Below are positions 22,962 to 35,369 of a stretch of DNA of 64,000 bases, piece after piece (within the stretch, counting starts at the first letter, position 1; each line of letters starts with the position of its first letter). This stretch comes from Squalus acanthias. Its lineage: Eukaryota. The DNA lies in contig CM059425.1 in NCBI GenBank assembly GCA_030390025.1, forward strand, positions 169,262,001-169,326,000, written 5' to 3'. Made by a program: the position numbers and the translations under genes. The notes under the pieces are model-generated. The model did no database searches. It worked only from the letters and a program-made list of their open reading frames with translations, and was not told where the DNA came from.

Positions 22962-25892
22962 TCAAGTGTGGACCTGAGCGGGAGTGGTGGCAGCAGCAGC
23001 ATAAAGGGAGAGGCGGAGAAGGCCGAGGACTTAGTGCGGACCTGAGCGGGAGCGGTGGCGGCGGCAGCAGCATAAAGGGAGCTGAGCGGCAATTCAAAAA
23101 AATGCAAGGAGTGACGTCACAGGATAGCTGGTAACTGATTGATTGGTAAAGGTCACACCGTTTTTTTCCCTTCAATTTAAGGGCCGGGGTTAAACAGCTG
23201 CTTAGGGATAAAGCAGGAGCCTGGAGATTAGTAACTGTTAATAATATATTAAATTAGCAACTGTTAATACTATATTATATTAATAATTTGAATTAGATGC
23301 ATCTTAATCTTAAGTTTCTGTAAAGTTAATTAATAGTCGAATAAATAAAGGCATGGCAGGGCAGCTCGGTCCAGCGGAATGCACATCCTGTGCCATGTGG
23401 GAACTCCAGGATGCTTCCCATGTCCTGGACAACCACATGTGCAGGAGGTGTCATCAGCTGGAGGAGCTCGAGCTCTGGGTTTCAGAGCTTGAACAGCAGC
23501 TGGCTTCACTGCGGTGCATCCGCAAGGCTGAGAGCTACGTGGATAGCACGTTTCAGGAGGTGGTCGCCCCGCAACTAAGGAGTGTGCAGGCAGAGAGGGA
23601 ATGGGTGACTGCCAGACAGAAGAGGAGGACCAGGCAGGTAGTGCAGAAGTCCCCTGAGTGCATCGTGCTCTCCAACCAGTATTCTGTTCTGAGTACTGGT
23701 GAGGGCAATGATTTCTCTGGGGAGTACAGCCAGAGCCAAGTCCATGGCACCACGGGTGACTTGGCTGTACGGGGGGGGATGAAGAAGAGTGGGAGAGCAA
23801 TGGTGGTAGGGAATTCGATAGTTAGGGGAGCAGACAGGCGTTTCTGCGGCCGCATACGTGACTCCAGGATGGCATGTTGCCTCCCTGGTGCCAGGGTTAA
23901 GGATGTCACCGAGCGGCTACAGAACATTCTGAGGGGGTGGGTGAACAGCCAGAGGTCGTGGTCCATATCGGTACCAACGACATAGGTAGAAAGAGGGATG
24001 AGGTCCTGCAGGCAGATTTCAGCGAGCTAGGAAAGAGATTAAAAAGCAGGACCTCAAAGGTCGTATTCTCTGGATTACTCCCAGTGCCACATGCGAGTGA
24101 GTATAGAAATAGGAGGATAGAGCAGATGAATGCGTGGCTGGAGAGATGGTGCAGGGCTTCAGATTCTTGGGGCATTGGGGCCGGTTCTGGGGGAGGTGGG
24201 ACCTGTACAGGTCGGACAGGTTGCACCTCAACAGAGCCAGTACCAATATCCTCATGGAGGTTTGCTAGTGCTGTTGGGGAGGGTTTAAACTAAGTTGGCA
24301 GGGGGATGGGCACCAGGATGTAGCATTAGAAAGGAGAAACAAAGGGCACAAAGGATTGGGAGAGACAGATAGCACTAAAGCAAGAAATAGTAAGGTGTTA
24401 GGTGGGGTCAGACTAAGAGAGAACACAGGATGGTCTAAGATAGGTTTACAGTGCATGTATGTGAACGCACGAAGCATAGTAAACAAGGTTGGTGAGCTGC
24501 AGGCGCAAATAGCCACATGGGAATATGATGTCGTGGCAATAACGGAGACCTGGCTCAAAAAAGGGCAGGATTGGGTATTAAATATTCCTGGATATAAGGT
24601 GTTCAGGAAAGATAGGGAAGGAAAGATCGAAGGTGGTGTGGCAGTATTGGTTAAGGAGAATGTTACAGTGCTGGAGAGAGAGAGGATGTCCTGGAGGGGT
24701 CAAGGACAGAATCTATATGGCTAGAGTAAAGAAATAATAGAGGTGCCATTACACTACTAGGTGTATTCTATAGGCCACCAACTAGTGGGAAAAATATGGA
24801 GGAGCAAATTTGCAGAGAAATTACAGAGAGATGTAAGAACTATAGAGTAGTAATAATGGGGGACTTCAATTATCCTAATATAGACTGGGATACTAATGGT
24901 GTAAAAGGTAGAGAGGGGGAAGAATTTCTGAAGTGTGTTGAGGAGAACTTTCTTGATCAATATGTTTCTGGCCCAACGAGGAAGGAGGCATTACTGGATC
25001 TGGTTCTGGGGAATGAGGTAGGTCAAATGGAGCAAGTGTCAGTAAGTGAACATTTAGGGTAGAGTGATCATAGTATCATAAGGTTTAGATTAGCTATGGA
25101 AAAGGACAGGGAGCAATCTAGAGTAAGAATACTTTATTGGAGGAAGGCCGATTTCAGTGGGATGAGAATGGATCTGGCCCGGGTAAATTGAAATCAAAGA
25201 TTGGCAGGCAAAACTGTAATGGAACAATGGGCTGCCTTTAAAGAGGAAATAGTTCGAGTAAAGTTGAAGTACGTTCCCGCTAGGGGAAAGGTAGGGCAAC
25301 CAAAGCCAGAGCTCGCTGGATGACGAAAGAGGTGGAGAGTAAGATGAAGCAGAAAAAGAGCGCATATGACAGATGTCAGGTCGAGAATACATCTGAGAAT
25401 CAGGCTAAATATAGAGAGTTCACAGGGGAAGTGAAAAAGAAAATAAGAGGGGCAAAGAGAGGGTATGAGAATAGAATGGCAGCTAACATAAAAGGTAATC
25501 CAAAAGTCTTCTATAGGCATATAAATAGTAAACGGGTAGTAAGAGGAGGGATGGGGCCGATTAGGGACCAAAAAGGAGACCTATGCATGGAGGCAGAGGG
25601 TATGGCTGAGGTGCTAAATGAGTACTTTGCATCTGTCTTCACCAAGGAAGAAGATGCTGCCATAGACATAGTGAAGGAGGAGGTAGAGGAGATACTGAAT
25701 GGGATAAAAATTGATAAAGAGGAGGTACTAGAAAAGCTGGCTGTACTTAAAGTAGATAAGTCACCAGGACCAGATGGGATGCTACCTAGGATGCTGAGGG
25801 AAGTGAAGGAAGAAATCGCGGAGGTACTGGCCATAATCTTCCAATCCTCCTTAGAAACGGAGGTGGTGCCAGAGGACTGGAGAATTGCAAAT
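22962..25892 (+). mobile_element. 5' segment of CR1 family A (5' UTR, ORF1, endonuclease, start of RT), inverted relative to its 3' segment
   Basis: 5' UTR with ~61-bp direct repeat; ORF2 motifs YVNARSI, AITETWL, GDFNYP, SDH, KSPGPDG; stops at DWRIAN. Confidence 0.9.
23353..24293 (+). pseudogene. CR1 ORF1 (zinc finger, coiled coil, SGNH/GDSL esterase), frameshifted
   Basis: CTSC...CRRC finger, LEELELWVSELEQQL coil, VVGNSIVRG (GDS motif mutated), CLPGA, VVHIGTND. Confidence 0.85.
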
Positions 25893-25912
25893 TTAACTTC
25901 CACTTTTAACTA

Positions 25913-26230
25913 ACTAGCACCTTCCACAGCCTCAAGATGTTCCAAAGCATTTCACAGGCAACAAGAGCTTTTGAAGTGTAGTCAGTGTTGTAATGTAGGC
26001 ACATACAGCATCCAATTTATCCACAGCAAGGCCCCACAAACAGCAATGAGATAAATGAGCAAATAATCTGCTTTAGAGGGATAAATCTTGGCCAGGACAC
26101 TGGGAGAACTTCCCTGCTTTGAATAATCCCATGGGATTTTTTATGTCCCCCTGAGAGGACAGATAGGGTTTCAGTTTAACATCTCTTCATCCGAAAGACA
26201 GCACCTCCAACAGTGCAGCACTCCCTTAGT
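25913..26230 (-). mobile_element. Deu-domain SINE, degenerate
   Basis: Reverse-complement homology to 80-413. Confidence 0.7.
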
Positions 26231-26502
26231 TGTGGCCTACCATGTAATTAAGCTAAATGACAGACCACAATTGTTTATGCAGTTCACCGTTTACTTATGG
26301 CCTCAAGAGAAGTTCCAAAGGTAATGTAACGTACGTTCCCACCATCGATGTAATTACAAGTAATTATTTTAGCAGTAAAATACATTCATGGCATTTGTGA
26401 ATGGCGCATGTGCTGTAAAGTGTAGACTGATAAATTGTATGTTTAAAGTGGCACATCACTACCCTAGTATGAAGCACAAATATTTTTAAAGTCTGACAAA
26501 TA

Positions 26503-26660
26503 TAGAAACATAGAAACATAGAAGATAGGAGCAGGAGTAGGCCATTCGGCCCCTCGAGCCTGCTCCGCCATTCGATGAGATCATGGCTGATCATCTAAAC
26601 TCAGTACCCTGTACCTGCCTTCTCCCCATATCCCTTGATACCTTTAGCTTTAAGAAATAG
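26503..26660 (-). mobile_element. CR1 3' end fragment
   Basis: (TTTCTATG)n tail and CR1 3' UTR stem region. Confidence 0.8.
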
Positions 26661-29600
26661 TGAATATGAAATAGTTAATGCTAAAATTTAATTTTTCAGT
26701 ATGTACTATGAATGGTGTGTTGTGATTATTGTATGCAGTGTATCTATTTTAATAATAACATAGCTGTCGTCATTATCAAGGCTGTTCAGTGTGCATCCTG
26801 ATTTTACTCATGCGCACCATGCACAGGTCTGGACCTGTTTTTTTGGTAAATACAAAAAGGGAAATTTCAGATTTTCCCAAATTCAGAAGTGAATCAGTTT
26901 TTACCGATTCACTACCGAAAAAAAATCTTTTAAATTATCAGCGGAAACGGGTAAAAACTGATCTTCCATGTCCCTAAGCATGATGTGAAGTTATTTTAGT
27001 CCTGAAAGTTCAAGGTGCATAAAAGTAATTATTTTTGTTTCGGGAGTAAACACATAGATATGCACAGATGTATTTGCAGATTTTATTTTGTTTTAGTAAT
27101 ATGAAATAATCCCACAGCGAATCCATCCCAGTACAGAGTCTCCCATACCCTCGAAATAAACACTTCCAACAAAATAAAGTTCCTACCTAAATAAAGCCTC
27201 TTCAAATCTAAGCATAACTTAAGGAGATTTTATGTAAAATAAAATCACTAGGGGTAGTTCTATGTTGAGGTAGTTTTTTTTGTGATATCAGCTCTCTCAT
27301 CAGGAGTGCAGCGGGCTGACACTTGCCTCCTGCTCCCAGCAGCACTGCTCTTCCCCTCTGGTTGGGACCTCTCGAGATGCCCTTGGGCCAATTGAGATTG
27401 GGAAGTGGGTCGAGGGATGGACACTTCGGCTGTAACCTAACCTGAGGGATTCTGCTGAAATTCATAAACTGGCCAAGATTCACTCCAAGGGTTTATAATG
27501 TCATCTAAACTCCTCAGTTGGGTTATAGGTTTGTAGGTTATTCGCAGATTGAAGTTATTACCATTTGACATGTAGCAAAGGGTCGTATCAGTATGTGCCA
27601 AGGATTGGAGTTTAGGCAGCTGCACGAGTTGTCTGTAATATTTCCTAATATTTAAACTGCTTGTGAATGGATAAAAAGTGTAACACATTGTAAAGTTGTC
27701 AGGGTTAGGGATATGCCAAAAATCCACAAAATAGGAGCTGCATATAATTTCTTCGAGCAATCATTTGTTTAGAAGACTAATAGAGAATAACAGCTGCCTC
27801 CAGGAGGACAGGATATGAGAGAATTCATCTGGGACTAATGTTTCTGCTTGTTTTAGCCCAGCCATAGACACTAAACCCAGTGGAGAACATAAAAAATTGG
27901 GAGGGGTGGGGGGCAGCAGCACTGCAGACGTTAGTTTGATTCTTTGTTGGTTCCAATTTGAAGTTTAGGGTTTAATTTTCTGATTTGAGCTTGAAAGGTG
28001 GGGGAAACTTCGTAATGTAGGCGTTGCGCCCACCTGAGTTACGCATCTTCCGTGTTGCAATATTGGCAAGGCCACATTTATTGCCCATCCATAATTACCC
28101 ATTGTGTGAGCACCATCACCACAAGGTCTGCAAAAGTTCAAGCAGAAGGCCTTATTTATCATTTAGAGTGAGATCCCGGTGTGTAATCTGCAAGTGATTG
28201 TGAGCTTGCTGTTTTGGCAGATTTCCAGGACATCTTCCCTAGGGACAACGTTCTGGAGTGCCTGGGAGGAGGTGGCACTATATCTCAATGGTGTGGCCCC
28301 TCGCAGAGGGCCTGATTCCTAATGGAAAGAAAGTTTGCAGACCTGAGAAAATCAACCCAGCTAAGGATACTCACAATAACCTCACAGAAATTAGTTGGGC
28401 AAAGTATGGATGCATGACATTAAGTGTTTCCTCTCACTCAGACTACCTTACAGCCCTTTGAATGCTTATCATGCATGGCCATACTGCAACATGGCACAAA
28501 TTGCAACTACAACTTTCCCTGAAGCTCTTGACAAACGGGCATCTTAAAAAGGCTTCACTCAAAATATTCTTCGAACAAAAACTAGCTGCATGTTGCAGGC
28601 CCACATACTCACACCCATGCTTTCATCATCTCAGCCCTGCTTCTCTGCTTGCAGGACAAGATTGCACATAGTAGAAGGGAGAGGGCCCATAACAATTGAC
28701 TGAGTTTGAAGAGGCCATGCTGGAAATCATAGCCAGGGAGAAGAAGTGGGGGAGGGTGAAGGTACTCCTTAAACTGAAAGCAGGTACCATTCCTCCAGTA
28801 TTCTTTCCTCATCCCTCACTCTCTGGTCCCGAGGCAAATATTTAAACACAACACCAGGTGGTGAATTTCCACAGGTTAAAAATTTTTTATGGGGTTTCTG
28901 CAGCTCCTCCCCGGAGATGAGCAGGAGAACTCCTTCTTGGAAATTCATCCACTATGTTACATAGTATATTGCCCTTGAATAATATTTGAAGGGGGGCCAT
29001 GCAACCAGCATTCTAACAACTTTATTTAACTTATTCTCGGGACGTGAACAATATTGGCAAGGCTACATTTATTGCCCATCTGTAGTTATCCACTGTGTGA
29101 GCACCATCACTAAAAGGACTGCAAAATTTCAAGGAAAAGACCCAGCACCACCTTCGAAGGACAGTGATTGCCCGCATCCTGGGAACAAATGCATTTAAAA
29201 AGAAACACCAGGGTAAAACACATTAAGCATACTTGTACTCAGCCCTTGACGGATAAAAATTTGGGTTTGTTTTGGTACTACTTTGTCCCAAGAGTTTCAT
29301 TCTGCTGGCACAGAATAGGGGGGCTAAAATTCCTTAGGGATTTTGCTGGTCTTCCGACAGGAGACCAGCGGACACCACAAAAAAGGCAGAGACCTACTTG
29401 TGTCAGGTCTCTACCATTGTCGGGAGTCTGCTATTTACCTTGTGATGGGGGTGGGGGATCTCTTTCTGTCTCTTACCAGGAAAACGATGGCAAGGGGCAG
29501 AGCCAGGGACGGGGATTCCATTCACCTTTGCTCAATTGGAACCTGGCGTATGTGTGAAGGCCAGTACACTGAGTAAGTTAAAGTGTACCACCCTTCAGAA

Positions 29601-29959
29601 GGGTGAATGTGGTCCCCACTGGAGGGAGGGAGGTGGGGGGCAGAGTCCAGGTCGAGGAACTAGCCTGGAACCTCCAAAGAAAAGGATTTTTTATTTTTGG
29701 AAACTGTTTTTAAAGATCAGCTCCTTTACATAGGGTTTGCCACAAAGACAATGGCTTGGGTTCGAAGCGGGGCAGGGTCCTGGGCAACCTCCTTCTCCCC
29801 AAAAATGGGCAAGCACCTAATATTTTGGCCACTAAGGGCAGGCAAGTGTTGGAGATGCACCCAAAGTGGCAAGTACACCCAACTGTCCCATTCTACATGA
29901 GGTGACTTCCCGCTGACCTCATAACTGCCAGGATCACAACCGGCTGATGTTTGGCTCCC

Positions 29960-30095
29960 AAGTCTTTGAAATGGCTTAGCAAGCCACTCAGTTGTATAAG
30001 GTGGCTCCCAACTACCTTCTCTAGGGCAATTCGGGATGGGCAATAAATGCTGGCCTTGCCAGCGACACCCACATCCCATGAATGAATTAAAAAAA
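29960..30095 (+). mobile_element. SINE/LINE family B 3' tail fragment
   Basis: TGAAATGGCTTAGCAAGCCACTCAGTTGTA plus GGGCAATTCGGGATGGGCAATAAATGCTGG, as at 34890-35056. Confidence 0.65.
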
Positions 30096-30129
30096 GGATA
30101 CTCTTTCATCTTGTACGACTTCAAGCATG

Positions 30130-30625
30130 AAATTACATCGAATTTACAGCACAGAAACAGGCCATTGGTCCAACAGCTTTATGCTGGTGTTTGTGCTCCA
30201 CACGAACCTCCTCCCACACTACTTCATCTCACCCTATCAACATATTCTTTTATTCCTTTCTACTTTATATGTTTATCTAGCTTCCCCTTAAATACATCAA
30301 TGGTATTCACCTCAATTACTCCTTGTGGTAACGATTTCCACCTCTCTGAGTAAAGAAGTTTCTCCTGAATTCCCTATTGGATTTATTAGTGACTATCTTA
30401 TATTTATGGCCCCTAGTTTTGGACTCCCTCACAAGTGGAAACATCTTCTCCGAGTCTACCCTATCAAACCCTTTCATAATTTTGAAGACCTCTATCAGGT
30501 TACTTCTTAGTTTTCCCTTAGAGAAAAGAGTGCCAGCCTGTTCAGTCTTTCCTGATAATTGTACCCTCTGAGTTCTGGTATCATCTTTGTAAATCTTTTT
30601 GGCACTTTCTCCAGTGCTTCTCTAC
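30130..30625 (-). mobile_element. CR1 3' fragment, degenerate
   Basis: ALEKVPKRFTKMIPELRGYNYQERLNRLALFSL is the CR1 ORF2 C-terminus. Confidence 0.75.
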
Positions 30626-30779
30626 TCAAATGCTGACATTGGGACACCTTTAAAGCAATCACACCAGCAATTTCACATTGACCTGCCAAATGTCACAGGA
30701 TTCTGTAGTTTGCAGTTAGTTTCTTTGGGGCTCCCTGAGCTGGAGTGAAAGTTGGTAATGTGGGAACATCTTACAGACC

Positions 30780-32550
30780 ACAGCCTAATTATTGATGCTT
30801 TAGAGTCCTTTCAGGCTGTCATGAGAGGATTGGGGGAGTTAACAGGAGTGAACTGCTCCATGATGCACTGAAGCATTCAAAATATCACTGAGGCTCTGCT
30901 AAAGTACACACCTGGCTATTTGCACTTTGGTATGGAGCCACAGCAAGAGCAGAATGCAGGCAGCAAGACTTCTTTAATATTGACAGTTTCCCAAGAATGC
31001 AGAGCATCATCAATCATACAAAGGTGCCTATTCAGGCTCCATTAGGCCAAGCAGTGTCCTACAAAAATAGGAAAGACTATTACTCCGTCAGTGTACAGGC
31101 AGTGTGTGATGTCAATCTGAGCATTCTCCATGTTAATGCCAGGTATCCAGGGGAGTTGCCATGACTCTTACATCGTGCAACATTCAAGATCTGTACTAGG
31201 GAGATAGCAGGCTGAATGATGACTCCTGTGGGATCCTGGCTCTTCTCTTCAATCTTGAATAATGATACTAGGCACTGTGGAAATCAATATGATTGAGGAG
31301 AGCTACAATGAAGCCCATGCACAAAACCAGAGTGCTCATTGAGCAGTGTTTTAGAACCTTGAAGTAATGATTCTGTTATCTAGATCTACTTGGTGATAGA
31401 AGACAGAGAGTGGAGATAATGGGTATGTACTCAAATTGGAAGGAAGTGACTCGTGGTGTCACACAAGGATCTGTGCTGGGGTCTCAACTATTCACTATAT
31501 TTATTAATGACTTAGATAACACAATAGAGAGCCATATATCAAAGTTTGCCGATGACACAAAGATTGGTGGCATAGTACGTAGTGTAGACGGGAGCATAAA
31601 ATTACAAAGAGATATTGATAGATTAAGTGAGCAGGCAAAACTGTGGCCGATGGATTTCAACACAGGCATGTGTGAGGTCATCCATTTTGGACCAAAAGAG
31701 AATAGATCCGAGTACTTTTTAAAAGGTGAAAAGCTAGGAACAGTAGCAGTCCAAAGAGATTTAGGGATCCATGTACACAGATCACTAAAATATAGTAGTC
31801 GGGCACAAAAAATAATCAAAAAGGCTCATGGAATGTTAGCCTTTATAACTAGAAGGCTAAAATATAAAAGGGAGGAAGTTTTGCTACAGCTATACAAAGC
31901 CCTGGTTAGACCACATCTGGAGTACTGTGTACAGTTCTGGGCACCGCATCTTAGAGAGGATATATTGGCCTTGGAAGGAGTGCAGTGCAGATTCACCAGA
32001 ATGTTACTGGGCTCCAAAAGTCAGATTAAGGAGAGAGATTATATAAACTAGGCTTGTATTCCCTGGAATATAGAAGATTAAGGGGTGATTTGATTGAGGG
32101 TTTTAGTATTTTGAAAAGAATTGATAGGGTAGATAGAGAGAAACGTTTTCCACTGGTGGGGGGGATCTAGGACAAGGGGACATAACCTTAAAATCACAGC
32201 CAGGTCATTCAGGAGAGAAGTTAGGCAACACTTCTTCAAGCAAAGGGTGGTAGGAGTGTGGAACTCTCTCCCACAAAAAGCAGTAATGCTAGCACAATTA
32301 AAAATTTTGAATCTGAGCCAGTCAAGGGTATTAAGGGATATGGAGCCAAGGTGGGTGGATGGAATTAAGATGCAGATCAACCATGACCTAATTGAATGGC
32401 AGAACAGGCTTGAAGAGCTGAATGGTTCCTATGTTCCTATCACGTGGGGGGGGGGAGGGGGTGCTCCTTACTGTACACCTGAGAAGGTGTCCAAAATAGT
32501 GATGGTATGTTGTATGCTCCATTATATCATAATTGGGAGAAGCATCAATT
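30780..32550 (+). pseudogene. Degenerate HARBI1-type Harbinger transposase split by a CR1 insertion (31395-32440)
   Basis: My translation: SFPRMQSIINHTKVPIQAP...[42 protein letters not shown]...YNEAHAQ/TRVLIEQCFRTLK; after the CR1, GGAPYCTPEKVSKIVMVCCMLHYI. Confidence 0.8.
31395..32440 (+). mobile_element. 5'-truncated CR1
   Basis: GVTQGSVLG, SKFADDTK, LYKALVRPHLEYCVQFW; ends in (GTTCCTAT)2. Confidence 0.9.
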
Positions 32551-33533
32551 GAAACTGATGAGCCTTCTTCAAAGAATGGGCAGGGTGATGTGTTAGAAAA
32601 TATGCTTGATGTGGATGAGGAGTACGGCCAGACAGCTAGCAGTATCAGCAGATCGTAGTCACATTCTTCAGGTGTGCTCCAGCATTATCACTATTGAAAT
32701 GCTGGTGGCAATGATAACTGTCCCTTCTGCTTGTACTTTATAGAAAAGATATGGTCCCTAGCTGGGGATGATGGCCCTGTTGTTTCCCAAAAATCAAAAA
32801 CAATATTTATCTTGCTGTACCTGGTTGCGTGTTTGAGGCTAGCCACTCTGCTCTATGGGAAAGTCAATAATATGTCTTTGTTACGCACAAAGCCTCATGC
32901 ATGGTGACTATAGAGGACGTGTATGCTAAAGGGAGTGGGCACTAATGTCTAGAAATTCTCATGGAGGCCTTTTGGCAGATGATTAGAGGCAGGATAGAAC
33001 TTCAACCTTCCACATGGAGGCACCCCTGACCCTGTCCCATGCCACGGATTCAGGGCAATGACAAGTCTCAGTGGGAATGGGGCACTTGGCTCAGGTGGAA
33101 GAGAAGGAATTTCTTACAATCTTTGTCACAGTGTTAGTGGGCCTAATGTCCCACTCCAACAGGTTAAAAAAATTTCCAGTGCTATCGCTTGACTTATACA
33201 ATAATTAAAACTTTTTGTTTTCATCACTTGGACGGTAATCTGGTGGAATGAAAATTGGGTGGGTCCTGTAAAGGGCAGGCGACCTGTCAGAGTAATGCTC
33301 AGGTGATCAATCGAGTAGGGTGAGCCTTTGATCAACATAATGTAGGTACGCTCCTGCTCCACATAGTTCTGTCTCACCACACTGTATGGAAACAAGTGCT
33401 TGAAGCAAGGGTACTGTAGATCCAGGGAAACCAATTGCATTTCATTTGAAGCTGGCTGTGACACCTCAAATCAAAGAATTACATTCTCACTGGACAGGCA
33501 ATTGTATTATTAATCAACGTTACCATACAGGTA

Positions 33534-34260
33534 CGATCGCAAAATACTGCAGATGCTGGAAATCCGAAATAACAACAATTCCTGCAATTTAGTATACTGT
33601 ATTCGCTGCTCACGATGTGGACTCCTCTACATTGGGGAGACCAAACGCAGATTGGGTGACCGCTTTGCGGAACACCTCCGTTCAGTCCGTAAGGGGGACC
33701 CCGAGCTCCCGGTGGCCTGTCACTTTAATTCACCGCTTCACTCCCACTCTGACCTCACCGTCCTCGGCCTAATACACTGTTCCACGGAAGCTCAGCGTAA
33801 GCTCGAGGAACAGCACCTCATCTTTCGTTTAGGCACGCTACAGCCCTCTGGACTCAATATCGAGTTCAACAATTTTAGATCATAACCTCAGCTCCAATCA
33901 CATTTATATTTTATTTTATCCACCCTTTTATTTGTCCCCCCCACCTTTTTTTTCCTCCTAGAAGCTGGCAGCTGTCCTTCATTCTGCCAGTAGATTTCAC
34001 ACTTCATTCAGCCTTAATCTGTCACATTAACACCACCTCTAGCCTTGCATATCTCTTAATGTCTCTTAATGTCTCTTCATCTCCTCTTTTGTTCCTTTAT
34101 CCCCTCCCCCTTTTCCCAGCTTTACCCTGGCCTTAAATCTATTTGATTTCCAGCTCTTCCCAGTTCTGATGAAAGGTCATCGACCTGAAACGTCAACTCT
34201 CTTTCTCTCTCCACGGATGCTGCCTGGCCTGCTGAGTTTTTCCAGCGTTTTCTGTTGTTA
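33534..34260 (+). mobile_element. 5'-truncated Penelope-like element: GIY-YIG endonuclease, pLTR, inverted 5' tail, 14-bp TSD
   Basis: LVYCIRCSRCGLLYIGETKRRLGDRFAEH...HF...LEEQHLIFRLGTLQPSGLN; TSD TTACCATACAGGTA at 33520-33533 and 34261-34274. Confidence 0.9.
34162..34198 (+). ncRNA. Minimal type I hammerhead ribozyme motif
   Basis: AGTT-CTGATGA-A-AGGTC(ATC)GACCT-GAAA-C-GTC-AACT: both conserved cores, 5-bp stem II, stem I AGTT/AACT, palindromic ACGT helix III, GUC triplet. Confidence 0.8.
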
Positions 34261-34732
34261 TTACCATACAGGTAGATTGCAGACTTCTGGGCCGGGAAAT
34301 TGGACCCGTTTGCGCCGGCTGTTAAGGCCGGTTTGGACAAAAAAATGGCGACCGCCTCGCTTCCGCCTACTTTCGGCAGATCCTGCAGTGGCCGCCATTT
34401 TGGGCAGGTCGGCAGCATTGCCGTTGCCTGTGCTCACTGCAGAAATGATCCTGGAGTAGTGAGTGGTTTTTGCAGAGGAGAATGAGGCCTGGTGGCGATT
34501 GATATGGTCCAGCCAGACCTGGCGATGAGTGGCTAAACAAGTTGTGTGGCAGATATACTCATGTATCATATATTCTTTAACACTCTGCAACTTGCTGACA
34601 ATTAATCATCATGATAGACACCCAAGTGCCAAGTTTCAGCCAGGATATCAATACAATCCTCCATAATAAAGTCAAGGACCTTTTTGCGAATGAACAGATA
34701 TTTTGGAGGCAAAAGCAGATTCTAGAATAAAA

Positions 34733-35056
34733 AGCTCGTACCAGTAATGGTGATCATGTAACTACCGGATTGTCATAAAAACACATCTGGTTCACTAATG
34801 TCCTTTAGGGAAGGAAATCTGCCGTCCTTACCTGGTCTGGCCTATATGTGACTCCAGACCCACAACAATGTGGTTCACTCTTAATTGCCCTTAAATGGCT
34901 TAGCAAGCCACTCAGTTGTACCAAACCCCTACGACTCACCACACGGACTGCAGCGGTTCAAGAAGGCAGCTCACCACCACCTTCCCAAGGGCAATTAGGG
35001 ATGGGCAATAAATGCCAGCCTTGCCCGTAACGCCCACATCCCATGAATGAATAAAA
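34733..35056 (+). mobile_element. SINE body (MetaSINE/SlmI-like, tentative) ending in the LINE family B 3' tail
   Basis: ATCTGGTTCACTAATGTCCTTTAGGGAAGGAAATCTGCCGTCCTTACCTGGTCTGGCC resembles a recalled SINE core. The last ~110 nt match the family B 3' end. Confidence 0.55.
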
Positions 35057-35369
35057 CAAAACAGTCCAAAGTTAAAATCTGACGCTTGGTGGTGCAATGA
35101 AGCCAACTTGAAGAAAGTGTGGCGTCAGCTCCGAGTGCCTTAAACCAATATTAAGGTTCTGAGTCAGTTGTGGATAAGAGGTGGATCCAGGAGCTCTTCA
35201 AGGGGCACAGTATCGGTTGGTACATTGACAGAGCTTGTCCAGTGGAATCAGAGGGCTGAGGAAGAGCTGGCAGAGGTTTATCCTGGGGTCCAGTGAAAGT
35301 TCGTGGTGGCCTCAGATGTTAGCAGCATGCATCAGTGGATCCAGTGGATCAGCACAGGAGCAAGGAGTA

